A stretch of DNA of 64,000 bases. Source: Paecilomyces variotii. Lineage: Eukaryota. This document shows, piece after piece, positions 11,217 to 24,441 of this stretch. Positions within the stretch are counted from its first letter, which is position 1. Each line of letters starts with the position of its first letter. A model generated the notes under the pieces. It worked only from the letters and a program-made list of their open reading frames with translations, did not search any database and was not told the origin of the DNA. Made by a program: the position numbers and the translations under genes. The DNA is taken from the NCBI GenBank assembly GCA_004022145.1, contig RCNU01000005.1. The stretch is one strand, 5' to 3'.

Positions 11217-14200
11217 ATGACATCGATCTCTCAGAAGCCGGGCCTTCAACCTCAGGGACAGAGCAACACCAACCAGGCTGCCTCTCAAGCGCACTCTGCC
11301 TCGCCCTCTGTCAGTGGGAAGTCGTCGCCCCTGGCACCTGTGCCGGCGCCTGCATCGTCTACGGGCAACAGGACCTACGCCAGCGCCACCAAGAAAGCCG
11401 CCGATTCTACCGGCGCTCAACATGGAAAATCGCCCTCTATCTCTCCAGTGAACGGCAGACCCATGCAGCAATCTCAGTCATCGGGAGTGACCATCGTCAA
11501 TGGTGCTCCCGCCCAGCAACCGCCCCAGGGCGACCATTCCCGAAAGCCCTCGGTGACCATCAGCTCTGCTGGCACAACCGGCTATATCCCCAACGGTGGT
11601 TCGGCCCCAAGCCGTCCTAACAACATCCAGTTTGGTGCGTTGGACCAGCCGGGCGCGAGCTCTCCCAATATGGGAAACCCTGCCGCGTTGGCAAACCAGT
11701 CGCCCGGAAACCTGGGCGTTGCGCCCTCGATGAACCCCCGAATCACTTCTCCGCAGACATCCCCATCCCCGATTCCTCAGCCTGCCTCAAGTGGCGGCAG
11801 GCCGCCATCGACGTATCAGTCTCAGGGCAATCCGATGAACTTTGGAAGCTTTGGAGAGTCGGGAGATGCCAATGTAAGTGAGAACCTGAATTACGCATGA
11901 ACATCGCACAGACACGCGTTCCTTTTTTTTGTTCTGTTTTTTTATCTTTTTTTTTATCAGGCTGATGGCGGGTTCCTTAACACTAGCGACAGATGCGTTC
12001 TACACCGCAAGGACCTCTGGGACCTGGTCCCCAGCCGAGTCACCTGCGCCGCGAATCCTCCCAGTCGGCTCATAGCGACATGAGCAACCACATGGCTGGC
12101 GGTCCCGCTGGCCCTGGACGTGGTGGCTACCCTCACCAGGGCGGCAGAGGCCGCGGATACTCACAATCCGGCTATCAGGGACAGATGCCGTACTCGCCAG
12201 GCCCCAGCTTCCGAGCGACGCCTAACCAACCTAGAGGTGGACCGAATATGGGACCCCAGTTCCATGGACATAACCAAGGACGCCCTCTCGCTCCTCCGTT
12301 CCCGAATTCGCCGCAGGCAAACCGCAGCCCTGCCCTTGCGAACTCGCATCCTGTTACTCCCCAGATGAATCAAGTACCCATGGCGCACCCGCAGATGCAA
12401 CCCCAGCATTACGGATACCAGCAACATATGGGACCCCAAGCTGTGAGACTCCAATCTCCTTATTCTAAGACCCTGAGATACCCAAAGAAACAACGCAATG
12501 GAACCCGTCATCACCCATCTGCTGCAGCAACCCTGAACCCCTCGTCATCTGTCAACCTTCCACCCCCTAATCTGGCTCCTGAAAGCGGTCACTTTGAACG
12601 GTATCTAATGCTGATGAAAAATCAGGGCTATCCTCATGCGTACGACCCTAATTATGGGTACTACAACGCCGCATACGGCATGCAGCCGATGCAGTACATG
12701 ACCCCTCCGTCGCCTCAGCCCCGTCCCGGCATGCCATACAACCCCCAGGCACCGTACATGCAGAACCAGTATCCCGCTGCGGTCCCCGCTGCTGCGGGAG
12801 CGACACCGTTGTCGCGTACCCCGTCGCAGATGTCCAATGACCGACCCGGTTCCAGCCTTGGTCAAGGAGCCCCAGCTGGTCCTCCTGGCCCTGGCCATGC
12901 TCACAGTACCAGCAGGACATCCAACAGCCCCGCTCCCCCGAAGAACCACTTCATCATCCCTCCTACGAAGAAGAGCCCTCTGGTCATCAAGGATCCCGGT
13001 AGCGGTGCCGTCAAGACCTTCGAGAAACAGCCAGCTTCCCCCGCTCGTGGCACTCCTTCCCCGGTCAAGATCTCCACGCCTCCTCCCCGCACTGGAAGCG
13101 CTGCCGACAATGGCAAATCTGAGCCTAGACAGAAGACCGATGAGGAGAAGAAGCAAGAGCTCAAGGAGGCTGTCCGTCAGCGAATTGAGCAAGAGGAGGC
13201 CGAGCAGCGTAAGAGGAAGGAAGAAGAGGAAGCTCGCAAGGCAATGGAAGAGCTTTCGCTAAAGGAGAAGGAGGAGAAGGAGAAGGCCGAGAAAGAAAAG
13301 GCCGAAAAGGAGCAGGCCGAGAAGGAGAAGGCCGAGAAGGAGAAAGCTGAGAAAGAGGCTGCTGAAAAAGAGAAGGCTGAAAAGGAAGCTGCCGCCGCCA
13401 AGGAGGCCGAAGAAGCCAAGTCTCGTGCTGAAGAGCAGAAGAAGGCTGAAGAGTCCAAGAAGGCTGAGGAGAAGCCTGCTGATGACGATGAGATCGATTA
13501 CGATGCCATCGAGCGCGAATTGGCCGAGATCGAGGCCAAAGAAGCTGCAGCAGAGGCCGACTACTACAGGAAGAAGCAGGCCGAGAAGGAGGAGAAGGAG
13601 CGCAAGGAGAAAGAGGAGCTTGAGGCGTACGAGCGTAACATGAAGCAAGCTGAGCGCGATGCTGAAGCTGCTGAGGAGGCCCGCATGAAGAGACTGGAGG
13701 CTGGTGATGACTCCTCAAAGAAGGAGGCCTTTGCCTCTCTCGCGAAGCGTGGCGAGTCAACTCCCGGTTCTGAGACGCCTGCTGACAGCGGGGCTGCTAC
13801 TCCTGCCTCTGAAGCCTCCATGGGACCGCCGGCGAAGCCTAGCGGACTCAAGCGCGACAAGCCTGCTGCGCTTAAGCTGGAGACCACCAAGGCTGTTGAG
13901 CCGCCTCAGCCCAGTGCTGCCATGAAATCGCTGCAGACTGCTCGCTTCCTTGAGGACCCTAGCAAGGTCAGCTATCCTGCCTCAGTTGTGTCTCCCAATC
14001 CGGCTTTGAACGCCAACGCTCCGGCGGACCGGAAATTCAAGTACAACAAGGAGTTCCTGCTGCAGTTCCAGGATGTCTTCAAGGAGAAGCCATCTATCGA
14101 CTGGGACGCCCGTGTCCGCGAGACGGTTGGTGATAGTGGCGACTCACGCCCGCAGTCCGCTCGTACGCCGTCGATGGGTGGACGCAACACCTCTCGTCCT

Positions 14201-16154
14201 GGGATCCCGCAGAACTTCCAGATGGGCACCTTCGGACAGATGCCTGGTTCGCGCCAGTCTCTGCCCCCTGGAACTACGTCGGAGCAGCGCCTTGCACTGT
14301 CGAACGCAGCTCGTTCTTCCATGGGCGGCAACCCATTCGGCTCCTTCGGTCGCCCTGGTCTGGGCATGGGTGCTCCTTCTATGAGCCGCTCTGCATCATC
14401 CTCCTTGCACGGTGGCCTTCCGCAGTCGCCTCGTATGTCCAGCCGCGGTGGTACTCGTTCGGACAGCAAGCGCAGCAAGCAGGCTTCCAGGAAGGAAGAG
14501 GAAGCCAACAAGGCTATGCCTCCTGTTTCTCAAAAGGAGTTCAAGGCCCTCACATCTTCCACCGGCTGGAAGCCGCGCAGTGTGGGCCAGGCTGCTGCTG
14601 CCGCCGGTCCTGCTCCTGGCGGAGACGGCCTTATGCCTCCGGATGTGGTACAGCGCAAGGTTAAGGCCAATCTGAACAAGATGACGCCTGAGAACTTCGA
14701 CCGTATCTCAGGCCAGATCCTCGAGATTGTTTCTCAGTCCAAGGAGGAAACTGACGGCCGAACACTTCGCCAAGTTATCCAGCTTCTTTTCGAGAAGGCC
14801 ACCGATGAGGCTCACTGGGCGCCTATGTACGCCAAGTTCGCGAAGCGCATGCTGGAGAGCATGAGCCCCGAGATCAAGGATGAAAGCATTCGTGACAAAA
14901 TGGGCAACGTCGTCGCTGGTGGTAGCTTGTTCAGAAAGTACCTCCTCAACCGTTGTCAGGAAGAGTTCGAGCGTGGTTGGAAGGTCAACCTGCCGCCGAA
15001 GCCCGAAGGTACCACCGAAGAGATGGCCATGATGTCGGACGAGTACTACATCGCTGCTGCTGCCAAGCGTCGTGGTCTTGGTCTGGTCAAATTCATTGGT
15101 GAGCTGTACAAGCTCGGCATGTTGACGGAGCGTATCATGCACGAGTGTGTCAAGAAGCTGGTTGACTACGAGGGTATCCCTGAGGAGGCCGAGGTTGAGA
15201 GTTTGGCCAGCCTGCTCCGTACCATTGGTGCTAGTCTGGACGCCTCTGACAAGGGACGAACGATGATGGATGCCTACTTCGGCCGTATCAATATGATGAT
15301 GGAGACCCCTGGTCTGCCTAGCAGACTGAGGTTCATGCTGCTGGTGAGTGCCTCTCGTATTGGTCTCCTGTTAATGGTGAGAGTGAGCTAACATTTGTGT
15401 GACTTCTCTTAGGACATTGTCGATCTTCGTAATGCTCGTTGGCAGTCCAAGGATGCCGACAAGGGCCCCAAGACGATCCAGGAGATTCGTGAAGAGGTAT
15501 GTATCCCAACCGAAACTTGCTCTTCTTCTGGTATGCGGAACACTAACATCTTTTCAGGCCATGCGTCAACAGCAGGAACAAGAAATGGAACGAATTCGCC
15601 AGCAATCAAACAGAGGTGGCCGTCCCACACTCGGTCGTGGTGATGCTCGTGGGTTCTCTAGCGACTTCAGGAACCAGGCGCCGCCTCCAGACTATGCTTC
15701 CAGTAAGGTCGGAAGCGACGATCTCCGCAGACTCAAGACGACGAGGAATACCAACCAACCCATGTCGTTCGGACCCTCCAGCATGTTCGGCTCTCGCAGC
15801 AGCAGCGGCCGCAAGAACCTGGGCCCTGGTGGCAATCTGGTTCGCGGCAGCGATGACAGCGCAGCCAGCAGCCGGGCTGGAACGCCCCCCGCAAAGAAGG
15901 AAGACAAGGAGGCTGCATCCTCTATTAATGCGTTCAGGTGAGGATTGCAGCTTGCTTGTGCCAATGGACCCCCGCCCTTTTATTGCCCTGTTCTGGAAGC
16001 TAATCTACTTTTTTCTCCATCCAGCGCCCTGGCCAGCTTGGAAGACCGTGACAACATGGCTACATCTCCTCCATCCAACCCAACCTCTCCCCAACTGACG
16101 AAGTCACGACCCGCCGTGAAGTCCCCCGCTAAGGAGGGCGAAGGTACGGCATAG
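11217..16154 (+). CDS. TIF4631: Eukaryotic translation initiation factor 4G
   Basis: eIF4E-binding motif YNKEFLL. MIF4G domain (KVKANLNKMTPENF...FEKATDEAHWAPMYA...LGLVKFIGELYKLGML). Introns 11874-11986, 12443-12625 (in frame), 15344-15412, 15497-15557 and 15938-16024. EKA-rich coiled repeat at ~13260-13390. Confidence 0.96.
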
Positions 16155-16883
16155 ACGCTGAACTACATTTCCTATTACATTCTTCCGGAAGACAAGATTT
16201 TTTTTTAAAGGGGAGGCTCCCTAGAGCTCATGCCGGCGTGGGTTAGAACAAGGATCTACTTGGTAACCCAACCTTACAAGCATGCGAATTAGGAGGCGTG
16301 GGGAGGAGAGGAGAACAAAAAAAGCAGAGATCGATTGCTACTGGAATGCGTGCTTCATCTTTTCAATACCCGGAGAGCAGGAAGACTTCCCGTGGCCGAG
16401 GATTGGCGCACGGATGGGACTTCAGGCTAGCCACCAGCTTGCTTACCGTTTGTAGTTCCTTTTCTTTTCTTGCATTGCATTTGCACTGGGTGGTGCGGTT
16501 AGTTAATTCATCAGGCTACGTCATGCTCCTTTATGAATCGTGGATTTCCTTGTTCCTTAGAAACATCATCTTCTCTTCTTCCTTTCCAATTTTCTTCATT
16601 TCCCTTTTTTTTTAGACGAAAATTGTGTTAGAAAAGTCTTAACTTTTTAACTTTTCTTGTCTCAATATGACGAGCACGGTTCAAACTCATGCGTGTCTGG
16701 TGTGCTTTTCTTTCCTCTCGTCGACCTCTTGATGGCTTTTTCTTCTCTCGGGTCAGTACGCTATATTTATCGGGCTTCCCTTTTTTTTTTATCTCCCTTA
16801 TCTTTTCGAAACCCCCAGGGCTAGGGACCCTGAGTATGAAAAAAAATGAGAAATGGAAACGACAAGGGAAGAAGGGGAAATCG

Positions 16884-16888
<5 letters not shown>

Positions 16889-16939
<51 letters not shown>
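16889..16939. repeat. Poly(T) homopolymer, 51 nt, in the U-rich region downstream of eIF4G
   Basis: Direct count. The length may be affected by sequencing error. Confidence 0.9.
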
Positions 16940-16942
<3 letters not shown>

Positions 16943-17734
16943 TAATATGAGAAACATGCGCGTTCGTATCTTCTTTATTTTTTTCTTCTCTTCTCAATTC
17001 TATTGTAATTATATCATGTTCTTTCTTCTTTTTTCGAGCAATTGTTCACAGTAGCAGCAGCAGAAGCGGAATGAAGTATGAGAAGATTATTATTATTATC
17101 AGTTGTAGGAAGTAAGTATCTTATGAGCATGACATGATCAGAAAGAGTCTTTGTAGTAGTAGTACTCAAGGGATGATGTATTGCACACATTCATTGTATG
17201 TAGCTTTGGTCTGCAAATGCTGCTGGGAGCAGATTCCGACGTACATACATATTTATCTTATCACCTGGAAAATGATAGCTTTAAGGTTCTGGAATTGCAG
17301 ATTCTGTGGTTATTCCAGTTTATTATTATCATGTCATTCTAGGTTCTATGTTTATTTCCATAATCCATGATTCCTGAATGACTGGATCCTTCTTGGGACA
17401 ACGTGTATTGTGCAAGGGTATCTTATTAGATACATGGATGAATTCAAGGGACGAGAAGAAGCAAAAACACCTGAAATGCGCTCTCGAGAATTTCCGTAGT
17501 AATCTCGTAACAATGCTGCGGGTGGGAGGGGTATAGTATTAGGGGAAATATACTGAAGCAAAGACCAATAAAGCTGTAGAACGCCAGGCGAGAAATCCCG
17601 GAAAGAAAAACATAGCAGTTTGTGAGTTGAACTCGTCGATTTTTCCGAGACCGGAAGACGAGTTATGATGGAATCGTGGAATGCATGAGCGGAGATCTGC
17701 CAAAGCTTACCAACGACCAGGCAGACGAGAATAT

Positions 17735-19520
17735 TTATGCCTCTGCTGTCTCATTTGTGTTCTTTTCTTCCTTGTGGGTACTATCCGCATCAGACCGTTG
17801 TGACAGGGCCGAGTTAGCCACAGAAGTGCTATCATCAGAAGACCCAGGCTCAACAGTCTCAGTTATCTTAGGAGATACGGTTCCACGGCTACCTGCAGAC
17901 GCCGAAGTAGGGGTTTCATATCCTTGTCCGGGTTCGGCACCTCCAGATGGAGCATCATCCTCAAGTTGTTGAATGACTATGTCCGGGTGTCCGACACTCG
18001 GATTCGAAGAGTTCGCGACTTCGTCCACCCCGCTCATGGCTGTTTCTGAGTTGCCGTTCTGCAGAACTTTGTTCTCATCCCCAGCAGGTTCAGTGACCAC
18101 CGGCTGAGCTGTACTTTTTGTGTCATATTCGCTTTCGCTCTCGGTAATCGATGGGGTGTCGAGATCTCCTAAGATCGGACTCTTCATGACCACGGCATTT
18201 GGTGACTCCGCTCGGGGAATCTCCAGCTCAGTATGGACCGTCGATTTGCTGTCCTGGTCACTACTCTTGCTAGACAAGGTCTCTCTAGAAGTTCCAAACA
18301 TGTGTTCGCGGTTCTGGTACGCTGATCGCGGTAAGCCAATGGCCTTGGCTACTGCAACGGCTTCAGCATCGGCGTTCCTGAGAAGACTGCTGTCGCTGTT
18401 GTCGGGTATATCGAACAACCCACTGCCTCGCTTCTCGCTCATCTGCAGGATGCTGTTATAGTTGCGCCTCGTCGGATCGGCAAGACGCTTCTTTTTCTTC
18501 TTTTCGCGCTTCGCAGAAGCACGTACAACGATCACTGGGATTGGCGATTGCTGCAAACAGTACTTTGACACAGACCCTGGTAGCAGTCCTTGCATGCTGT
18601 TCATGCTTCGACCGCGGGTACCGACGATGAGAAGGGCAGGCTCGTAGATTTGGATCTGACCTTGTTAGATCGGTTCGTCGGGAACTGGTAATAGACACAC
18701 TCACCATGCGCTGAATAATTTCCTGCACTCTTCCAATCGCAAGTTCCAGTACCAGACTGATCGCCTTTTCATCCTGACTATTCTTCTGGATGACTTGTTT
18801 GAACAGTTTCTCAGCCTCTTGCCGGTACTTTCCTTCCTCGACACTAGAATCGCTTGCTATCTTCGAGTCTTTCTCAACGACTCGCAGGCAAACGATCTCA
18901 TCGCCATCATCAACGAGCTCATCCATAAGCCATTCAAGAGCGAAGTCGGAATAATCGTTCTGGTCTGTGCCGCATAGAAAGGTGCGGCTGCGGCGGGTGA
19001 GCTGGTAGCCCCTGTGCTTGTAATTGAGTGTGAATGAGTAATCGGTAGCATCCCGATTATCGAAAGTATCGAATGAAACTCCGCGCTGGTAGGTACTAGA
19101 TTATTGGCCATTGTTAGCTCGACCGCATACAAGAGGCGCATAGTTCTCCAAAAAGTCGATAGCGTAGTCTACAGTGACGCTGGCGACGAGGAAGAAAATT
19201 TACATATTCTGGAAGAGCAAACTGGATGCGTAGACGTACTCTGGAGGTGGGGGAGATGGCACCCTGGGGACGACCTTATGTGGCCGAGGCGCTAGAGGAC
19301 TCTTGATGCTCCCAGTTCGACGGGGGAACGAGGGCATAGTCGGAGATCCAACGTTGAACTGTATGGACTTTTTGCGGCTGTCATCTGCCGGTTGGGAAGA
19401 TCCTCTGGGACCCAGCCGGAAGCTCAACGAACTTCCCGGTCGCCGTGACACGCGCTCCTCGTCATGTCCATGCGCAGAGTTTGTGGATTTGGTTGGAGGT
19501 TGGGGAGACTGTGATGGCAT
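17735..19520 (-). CDS. Universal stress protein (USP) domain protein
   Basis: Spliced product (introns 19239-19096 and 18704-18656) reads RGVSFDTF...SRTFLCGTDQNDYSDFALEWLMDELVDDGDEIVCLRV...YEPALLIVGTRGRS...GSVSKYCLQQSPIPVIVVR, a typical fungal USP domain followed by a disordered tail. Confidence 0.9.
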
Positions 19521-22500
19521 TTTGAAGAAAGTCGCAGTCTCCACTGCGTCCAGTTCGGATAGTCACTCTGTATTTGTCGACGAGGCGCAAAGCGAGCGGA
19601 GCAATAGATCGAAAGCGCCTGGAATGGGTATTGATGGAATGTCTCTGGTGTACTTCTGATGCTGTTCTCTGTCGCAAGGCCCGTGTGAATGTCTCGAGCA
19701 AGTGCCGCTCGGTTCACTCTGTCGGCGACCTGGCGAATCGCGGAATAGAGGTAAATAGTGATCGAGAGAGTATGTATCTCTTTGTCGACCATACACGAGT
19801 AGTATAGTGCTTATCCAAATTCCCGTAAGTGTTCCACAATGTAATAGGTGATGTTGACACACGATGGCAACCAGTGAACTGGTGTATTTCCGCTTTGGTT
19901 CAGCCGCCGCGAAGCTCCCGTAATTCTCGAGTAGGCGCAAGACTCCAGACGCTATTCATGGTAAACCAAGAGGGAAATGGGTCGCATCGTCAGCCTCGAT
20001 AGGTAGCCTGCTGCGACAGAGATCAAGGAGTCAAAGAGAGGTTGTCAAGTGTCAAGTCGGTCGAGTCAAGTCAAGTCGAGCTCGAATGGGATGAACCGGA
20101 TCCACAGGGGCAGGTGGGGAGCGGCAGAACCAACTGACCGCTTTAGGCACCGAGAGGCTTTGCGGCGTTGAACTTCCAAGCCGATTGCAGTTAACATTCT
20201 TCTTCGACTAACTAAATAATTAATCAACCAACTAACTAGTTAGGTGCGCTGCTGAGCAGCTCCAGCCGGCCTAGCTCTCTGGGAGAAAATACCGAGAACA
20301 CGTTTCAGCGGCATGTGCAAAATCTCCGAATGACAGCCAAGAATGAGAACATGCAACAAGGAGAGTTTCTCTCGCGGTTATCACGGGTTGCAAGTCCGAG
20401 GTCATGCACTGTCAGCTGTCATCGTACGATCTCCCGCTATCCCCAAAGGCAGTCCAAACAAAGTCCAGACAAGTTGATGCCACAGGGTGACGCCATACTC
20501 CATAGCGCTGGCCTTGTCATGGCGCCCGACGTGGATACATGCTGTGGGTCGTTCACTGCGAAACAAATACTCGAGGGAGGGGGGGGGGGGGTACCTCCTG
20601 GTAGAGATGTGACAAAATTGTCATGATATCTTCTCACGTAAAGGTAAATGCCATAATTGACGGGGATTTCCAGTTAGGAAACTAAAAGGCTAACAACGAA
20701 TGTCCCCGCTGAGCACTGCAAGCAGGAGCTATGCACATACCATAAGGTTGGGTAGCTAAACCAGCAGCTGATCGTGCAGAGTCTAGGCACACAAGTCGCA
20801 TCTATAGTTCTACAATATTCGAATGGATTCAGCAAGATGTATTTGTCCTCATCTTGCAGTGTACCGGAGGGCGTCCAATATGACAACCTAACCAATAGAT
20901 ACTTGAAACAAAGCAAAATCAGGAGCATGTTCAAGGCCAGAATCTACGGCTGTCACCAATGAGACAGTAACACCTCGACCAGATCACTAATCACCGACAA
21001 GCGCATTACAGATCAGTGATGAGATAAAACACGTCATGTGTGCTTGTTCGCGCTTACTTCTAGACCCCGCGAAATCAGGATATCGATAAATAGGATCCTA
21101 GTCAGTCAGTTGATTGCTGAATAATCCCCGACTGTGCTGACAAAATGCATATTACTCCCACGGAGAATGCGAGCCTATCTCCGACGCCTTACGCCTTGAC
21201 CAACTGACAGATAATCATTGTGGCACTCTCTCTACCATGGTACTGAGAAACCACACAGGGAACAATAGGAACAATAGACGAGCCGACGGAGGAACATGCG
21301 CTTATGTCAGAAATAAAGTCCGCCGTCAAAAAAGAAAAGTAATCATTACAGAAAGAAAAAACCCAAATTCTCCCTCGAGCCAAACATACTACAAATCATC
21401 GAAATCCCGCCTTTTCCTGATTTTTTCTGTCTCACGAGTCTCGGCGGATCTGCCGCTAAAAAGGCCCAGCCAAAGTATGTACCTAACGTACGCTTATACC
21501 AACCCGCCGCTCTGAAGAACGTCCGAACTCGGCCATGTGCATAACCACGAAACAACCCCTCATAGGAAAATTTTTCTTTTACTACTTGGAGAAACCATAG
21601 GATATACTACTACCTGACAGTAAAACAAAATAGTAATACACACCGCATCGTGCTTACACAGTGAATAAGTACAGAACATACATGGCCGCCGCTACCGTTG
21701 TTTCTTTTTCTTCTCCCTTAGGTGCCAGTAACTACTGTAAGAGGAAGTAAGCATAAATCTCTAGAAAGTATTAGTTTAAACCCGATTATCCGAGCATACA
21801 CATCCACTTTCTTTCTTTCTGCCGGCCTTCTCTCCCGACTCTTTCTAGGGCTATTGTCCAGGTGACCAGAGTCATTATTATTATTAAGTAGAGCCCGACC
21901 GACTAACTACAGTAGCAGTGAGTCCGTCCTAGAAGTGGACCCCGACTCTTGTCTTTTTTTTCTTTAAATGCCCCATCAAAAAAAAGAACAACAAAAGAGG
22001 CCGAAAGAATAAAGGGAAGAAAAAAAAAAGAAACAAAAACTGAAAAGAAATTAGTCTCCCAAAGCGGAGTTATCCCTAGCTAGCTAGCTAGCTAATCTCC
22101 ATAGAAAAGAAGAAAAGAAGAAAGAGAGACAGACAAAATCGCCAGCATCGGCGATCTGGTTACTTACCAGCCCCGAGTGTCTAGCATAGTCCCCACTATC
22201 TATCACTGTTGGGACATAAAAATCAAAAACTTCAACAATAGTAGTTAGTACATAGCTTTTTTTTGTCGCTTTCTTCATATACTGTCGATAAAGTCTATGG
22301 AATAATCTGGCGATAGAAATAAGGACTCTGCATTTGGCATGATAGAATCTTGTCTTGATAAATGATACAGGAGCTAGTTACAATACCCCTTTCCCACCTC
22401 TATTATAGTAGTAACTATTTAGTTCGTTAATTCATTTACATGAGATGAAAAGAAAACAAGCAAGCAAGTAAGTAAGCACATGCATAAATAACTAGCCTAA

Positions 22501-23574
22501 GTATTATTTATTATTATTTCAAGGCACAAGAACATAAGAATACCCCCTCCGTGGGGAGGAAAACAAAGATCTCAGCCCTCTCCTCACCGCAATCTCTCTC
22601 TCTTTCTTTGCTCTTAGGTACTTTACTCCTATCCTATTATTCATCCAACAAAAACTTTGAATTAGAAACACTAAAGAAAAAGCACTTCTCTCTTTCGTGC
22701 GAAAAAAAGAAACACTCGGACCCCCGCCGACTTTGGTGGGGATAACGGATAGCGGAAGCCTGATAGATAACGCTATCTCAGGCGGTGAAGGGGGCTCGAT
22801 GCAGTTGCGGGCTGGCCGTGCAGATGGCATGATCGACGGCGTAAACTAACGTTCGACGCGCGGGATCAGACAAGAGCCCGGCATCCTATTCCAGGGTTGA
22901 TCAATACTAATAATGTACACGTACCAATACAGGGTAGATTGTGGAGTCGTCAGGCGTTGCATAAGAGACGTGCTCTACTCGGTACTATGAGCCGCTTCCG
23001 TGCGGGGGGGTCGACTGTTGGGAGTCCAGGCCGATCGAGTTCTACGATAGTGGGTACTCTAATGTCTACACTCTACAGTGTACAGTAATCAGGCACAGAT
23101 GAGATATTGACCATATCTAATGTGGTAGTAGTATTATCATGCACTATCTCTAGTAAGATGTGGACATCTAAGTGGCTGTCATCAAAAAACATCTCGACCT
23201 TCGACCGCTCAAACCCCGCCTGGGGGACATAGCGGGAGGGAGAAATGCTATGCAATTCCAAACGAAAAAATAAACAAAACCAGGCGTCATGGTCTTCATG
23301 ATGCAAATGGATATCAAGAGTAGAGAGAAAGAACATGCAAGTGAAGCGCTCAGACGCTTATATAAAGTGTAAATGTATATATAGATGCCACAGCGAAAAT
23401 GCAAGTCTTTGAGTCGTATCGATGAATGAAAATTAATATTTTTTTTGGTGCCGTATCAACGCCATGCATGCCGAAATGCTAGAATAGCTCGCTCATAAAT
23501 CGGTATCTCAGAATCATCAGGGGTATCATTGTATGGTACATCGATGAAGGTCGTCAGAAGCAGCGCGCGTGCTG

Positions 23575-24441
23575 CTAGTAAGCTTCGATCATCGTACCCT
23601 GATCTTGTGCAGGAACGTAGTATTCCGGGTTGAAGAGATCCGATTCAGGAGATTCAGAGAGCGGCAGTTCTGTTGTAGCCGGCTGCTTGTTGTCGAAGAA
23701 AGCGGACACAGCTTGATGCTCTTTTTCGGAGAAGGCATCGAAGGTGGGCGCCTCCGGAGAGGGAGGCATGGATTCGTCTTCCGATTCCTCGTCCGAGTCT
23801 GAGGAGAGTTCAGGTGGTGACTGTCGCGAGCTCGCTCGCGTCAATGTGAGTGTCTCGTGCTCCTCGCTATAGTCGTCATCAGAGTCGGTCTCGTCCTCAT
23901 CAACTTCTTGCTCGGTGATGATGGCCACCGGAGAGGGTGCCCGGCGGAAGGGAGTCGCGGTAGCGGTAGCGGAGTCGACGACGAAGTCATCTTCGTCGTA
24001 TTCGGAGTCTGAATCGTCATCACTGTCGGAGTCGAGATCGGACAAGTCTTCCGGATCCCAATCTTCCTCCGGGTCCTCGACGATGGCCTCGTCCATGACG
24101 GAGTCAGCCCACTGGATATGCTTGGAGGACTTCTCCTCAGCGGCCTTGGCGGCACCGCTGACCGTCTGATTGAACCATCGCTCCTGTTCCTGCTCTGCGT
24201 CGGCCAGTTCCAGCATCAGCGAATCGAGCAGGTTGGCGTGTCCGACGAGAAGGCGGAGGTCGTGGTCCGCCCGGGCAGCCTCTTTGGTGAGCTTGCTCCG
24301 GGCGGTGTGGGCGAGATAGTAAGTCTGGGTGATGCTCATCTTCTTCTGCTGCGGTCTGCGGCGAACGGGAGTGATGATGAAGGAGGAGAGAGAGGGAGAA
24401 GAGGAGGAGGGAGTCGAGGAAGTCAGTGAAGAAGTAGTCAT
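23575..24441 (-). CDS. Ecm13-like acidic protein
   Basis: Family-type N-terminal motif MSITQTYYLAHTARSKLTKEAARADHDLRLLVGHANLLDSL followed by a D/E/S-rich tail. Start is ATG 24441 or ATG 24339. Confidence 0.8.
   Translation of the reverse strand: MTTSSLTSSTPSSSSPSLSSFIITPVRRRPQQKKMSITQTYYLAHTARSKLTKEAARADHDLRLLVGHANLLDSLMLELADAEQEQERWFNQTVSGAAKAAEEKSSKHIQWADSVMDEAIVEDPEEDWDPEDLSDLDSDSDDDSDSEYDEDDFVVDSATATATPFRRAPSPVAIITEQEVDEDETDSDDDYSEEHETLTLTRASSRQSPPELSSDSDEESEDESMPPSPEAPTFDAFSEKEHQAVSAFFDNKQPATTELPLSESPESDLFNPEYYVPAQDQGTMIEAY

Noticed and set aside
13161..14511. Several long antisense ORFs over eIF4G
   Set aside because: Artefacts of the low-complexity EKA repeats and codon bias.
21017..21120. 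Box C (GTGATGA) ... box D (CTGA) spacing suggestive of a C/D snoRNA
   Set aside because: No convincing 10+ nt rRNA-complementary guide or terminal stem seen.
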